Virus record (IMG/VR): IMGVR_UViG_643348547_000005
Location: 1 to 31,496 of that record
Strand: one strand, 5' to 3'
Source: a virus
Lineage: Duplodnaviria; Heunggongvirae; Uroviricota; Caudoviricetes
DNA: 31,496 nucleotides
Below the pieces are notes generated by a model, which had not been told where the DNA came from, made no database searches, and was given only the letters and a program-made list of their open reading frames with translations. Within the stretch, counting starts at the first letter, position 1; each line of letters opens with the position of its first letter. This document shows positions 26,950 through 31,496 of the stretch, piece after piece. Made by a program: the position numbers and the translations under genes.

Positions 26950-27975
26950 ATGTCTGTATATACAACTGCAGAATTACTGGCATCGACCCAGCATCACTTT
27001 AAGTTCGATCCGCTGTTTCTGCGCCTGTTTTTCCGTGAAACCTATCCTTTCACCACGGAAAAAGTCTATCTCTCACAAATTCCGGGACTGGTAAACATGG
27101 CGCTGTACGTTTCGCCGATTGTTTCCGGTGAGGTTATCCGATCCCGTGGCGGCTCCACCTCTGAATTTACGCCGGGTTATGTCAAACCCAAGCATGAGGT
27201 GAATCCGCAGATGACCCTGCGTCGCCTGCCGGATGAAGATCCGCAGAACCTGGCTGACCCGGCTTACCGTCGTCGCCGTATTATTCGGCAGAATATGCTG
27301 GATGAAAATCTGGCGATTGCCCAGGTCGAAGAGATGCAGGCAGTTTCTGCCGTGCTTAAGGGCAAATACACCATGACCGGTGAAGCCTTCGATCCGGTTG
27401 AGGTGGATATGGGCCGCAGTGCGGCGAATAACATCACGCAGTCCGGCGGCACGGAGTGGAGTAAGCGTGACAAGTCCACGTATGACCCGACCGACGATAT
27501 CGAAGCCTACGCGCTGAACGCCAGCGGTGTGGTGAATATCATCGTGTTTGATCCGAAAGGCTGGGCGCTGTTCCGTTCCTTCAAGGCCGTCAGGGAGAAG
27601 CTGGATACCCGTCGCGGCTCTCATTCCGAGCTGGAGACAGCGGTAAAAGACCTGGGCAAAGCGGTGTCTTATAAGGGAATGTATGGCGATGTGGCCATCG
27701 TCGTGTATTCCGGACAGTACGTGGAAAACGGCGTCAAAAAGAACTTCCTGCCGGACAACACGATGGTGCTGGGGAACACTCAGGCACGCGGTCTGCGCAC
27801 CTATGGTTGCATTCAGGATGCGGACGCACAGCGCGAAGGCATTAACGCCTCTGCCCGTTACCCGAAAAACTGGGTGACCACCGGCGACCCGGCGCGTGAG
27901 TTCACCATGATTCAGTCAGCACCGCTGATGCTGCTGGCTGACCCTGATGAGTTCGTGTCTGTACAACTGGCGTAA
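26950..27975 (+). CDS. E: major capsid protein E
   Basis: 341 aa MSVYTTAELLASTQHHFKFDPLFLRLFFRETYPFTTEKVYL…, lambda gpE-like. Confidence 0.9.
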   Translation: MSVYTTAELLASTQHHFKFDPLFLRLFFRETYPFTTEKVYLSQIPGLVNMALYVSPIVSGEVIRSRGGSTSEFTPGYVKPKHEVNPQMTLRRLPDEDPQNLADPAYRRRRIIRQNMLDENLAIAQVEEMQAVSAVLKGKYTMTGEAFDPVEVDMGRSAANNITQSGGTEWSKRDKSTYDPTDDIEAYALNASGVVNIIVFDPKGWALFRSFKAVREKLDTRRGSHSELETAVKDLGKAVSYKGMYGDVAIVVYSGQYVENGVKKNFLPDNTMVLGNTQARGLRTYGCIQDADAQREGINASARYPKNWVTTGDPAREFTMIQSAPLMLLADPDEFVSVQLA

Positions 27976-28016
27976 TCATGGCCCTTCGGGGCCATTGTTT
28001 CTCTGTGGAGGAGTCC

Positions 28017-28320
28017 ATGACGAAAGATGAACTGATTGCCCGTCTCCGCTCGCTGGGTGAACAACTGAACCGTGATATCAGCCTGACGGGGACGAAAGAA
28101 GAACTGGCGCTCCGTGTGGCAGAGCTGGAAGAAGAGCTTGATGACACGGGCGACACTGCCGGTCAGGAGACCCCTCTCAGCCCGGAAAATGTGCTGACCG
28201 GACATGAAAATGAGGTTGTATCAGCGCAGCCGGATACCGTGACTGATACGGCTGATCTGGTCACGGTTGTGGCACTGGTGACGCTGCATACTGATGCACT
28301 TCACTCCACGCGGGATGAGG
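28017..28320 (+). pseudogene. FI: DNA-packaging protein FI, 3'-truncated by IS insertion
   Basis: MTKDELIARLRSLGEQLNRD…HTDALHSTRDE matches lambda FI up to about residue 100, then diverges into IS sequence; AGGAGG-like SD (GGAGGAG) upstream. Confidence 0.8.
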
Positions 28321-31081
<2,761 letters not shown>

Positions 31082-31496
31082 CGTAAGTAAAATCAGCCAC
31101 CCACAGCTGGTCAGGTCGTTCTGCCACGAACTGACGGTTTACGCGGTCGCCTGCGGCAACGGCTTTCCGGCTGATGGTCGTACGGACCTTTTTACCCCGG
31201 AGAACACCGGCAAGTCCCATAACCGCCATGAGACGTGCCACAGTGCATCTGGCCACTCTGATACCTTCCCGTAACAACTGACGCCAGACTTTACGCACAC
31301 CGTATACCTTGTGATTTTCATCGTATACGCGCTGTATCTCTTTCTTCAGCCAGTCATCGCGCTGCGCACGGGCACTGCGTTTATCCGGATGATGTCGCTG
31401 TTGCTGACAGTGGTAATACGTTGACGGGGCAATATGCAGTTCGCTGCATAGCGGTCCGACCCCGTACTGCTCACGCAGCTTATCCAGCAGTGGCAT
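31082..31496 (-). CDS. IS629 OrfB 5' exon, copy 2 (partial; gene start at window edge, orfA lies beyond the window)
   Basis: Translation identical to 2627..3044 apart from the first Met, which is cut by the window end. Confidence 0.8.

Overview
This window is a heavily IS-invaded, defective lambdoid prophage of E. coli/Shigella type; I see no rRNA, tRNA or CRISPR array, and no convincing novel multi-gene system. Left arm (minus strand): tyrosine integrase, a small excisionase-like ORF and a DEDDh-type exonuclease. An IS629 copy (2250..5829) follows, its orfB split by a 2270-bp group II intron (3045..5314) encoding a 507-aa RT/maturase. Then come a 5'-truncated ORF, a lambda-O-like replication initiator with five 23-bp-spaced iterons inside it, an HTH ORF, a short amino-methyltransferase-like ORF and about 1.6 kb of decayed AT-rich DNA. 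An IS481-like DDE transposase gene abuts IS600 (10910..12173). A lambda-type antiterminator Q is split into two fragments by IS600 and an IS21-family element (istA/istB). Downstream are a PR'/tR'-like promoter-terminator pair, cold-shock genes (cspF-like, cspB, cspI), a phage-21-type lysis cassette (pinholin, YdfR-like, SAR endolysin, Rz/Rz1), gnsB-like and ydfO-like genes, and a lambda-type cos site with head genes Nu1, A, W, B, C, D, E and a truncated FI; no tail genes are present. The window ends with a second, inverted copy of the same intron (28812..31081) whose 5' exon is IS629 orfB but whose 3' exon is a different IS3-family orfB, joined in frame. That chimera, the 2.7-kb inverted repeats bracketing the late region, and a hairpin-rich non-coding stretch upstream of the IS481-like transposase are the most unusual things here. 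All family assignments rest on reading the translations and motifs by eye; no database search was run.
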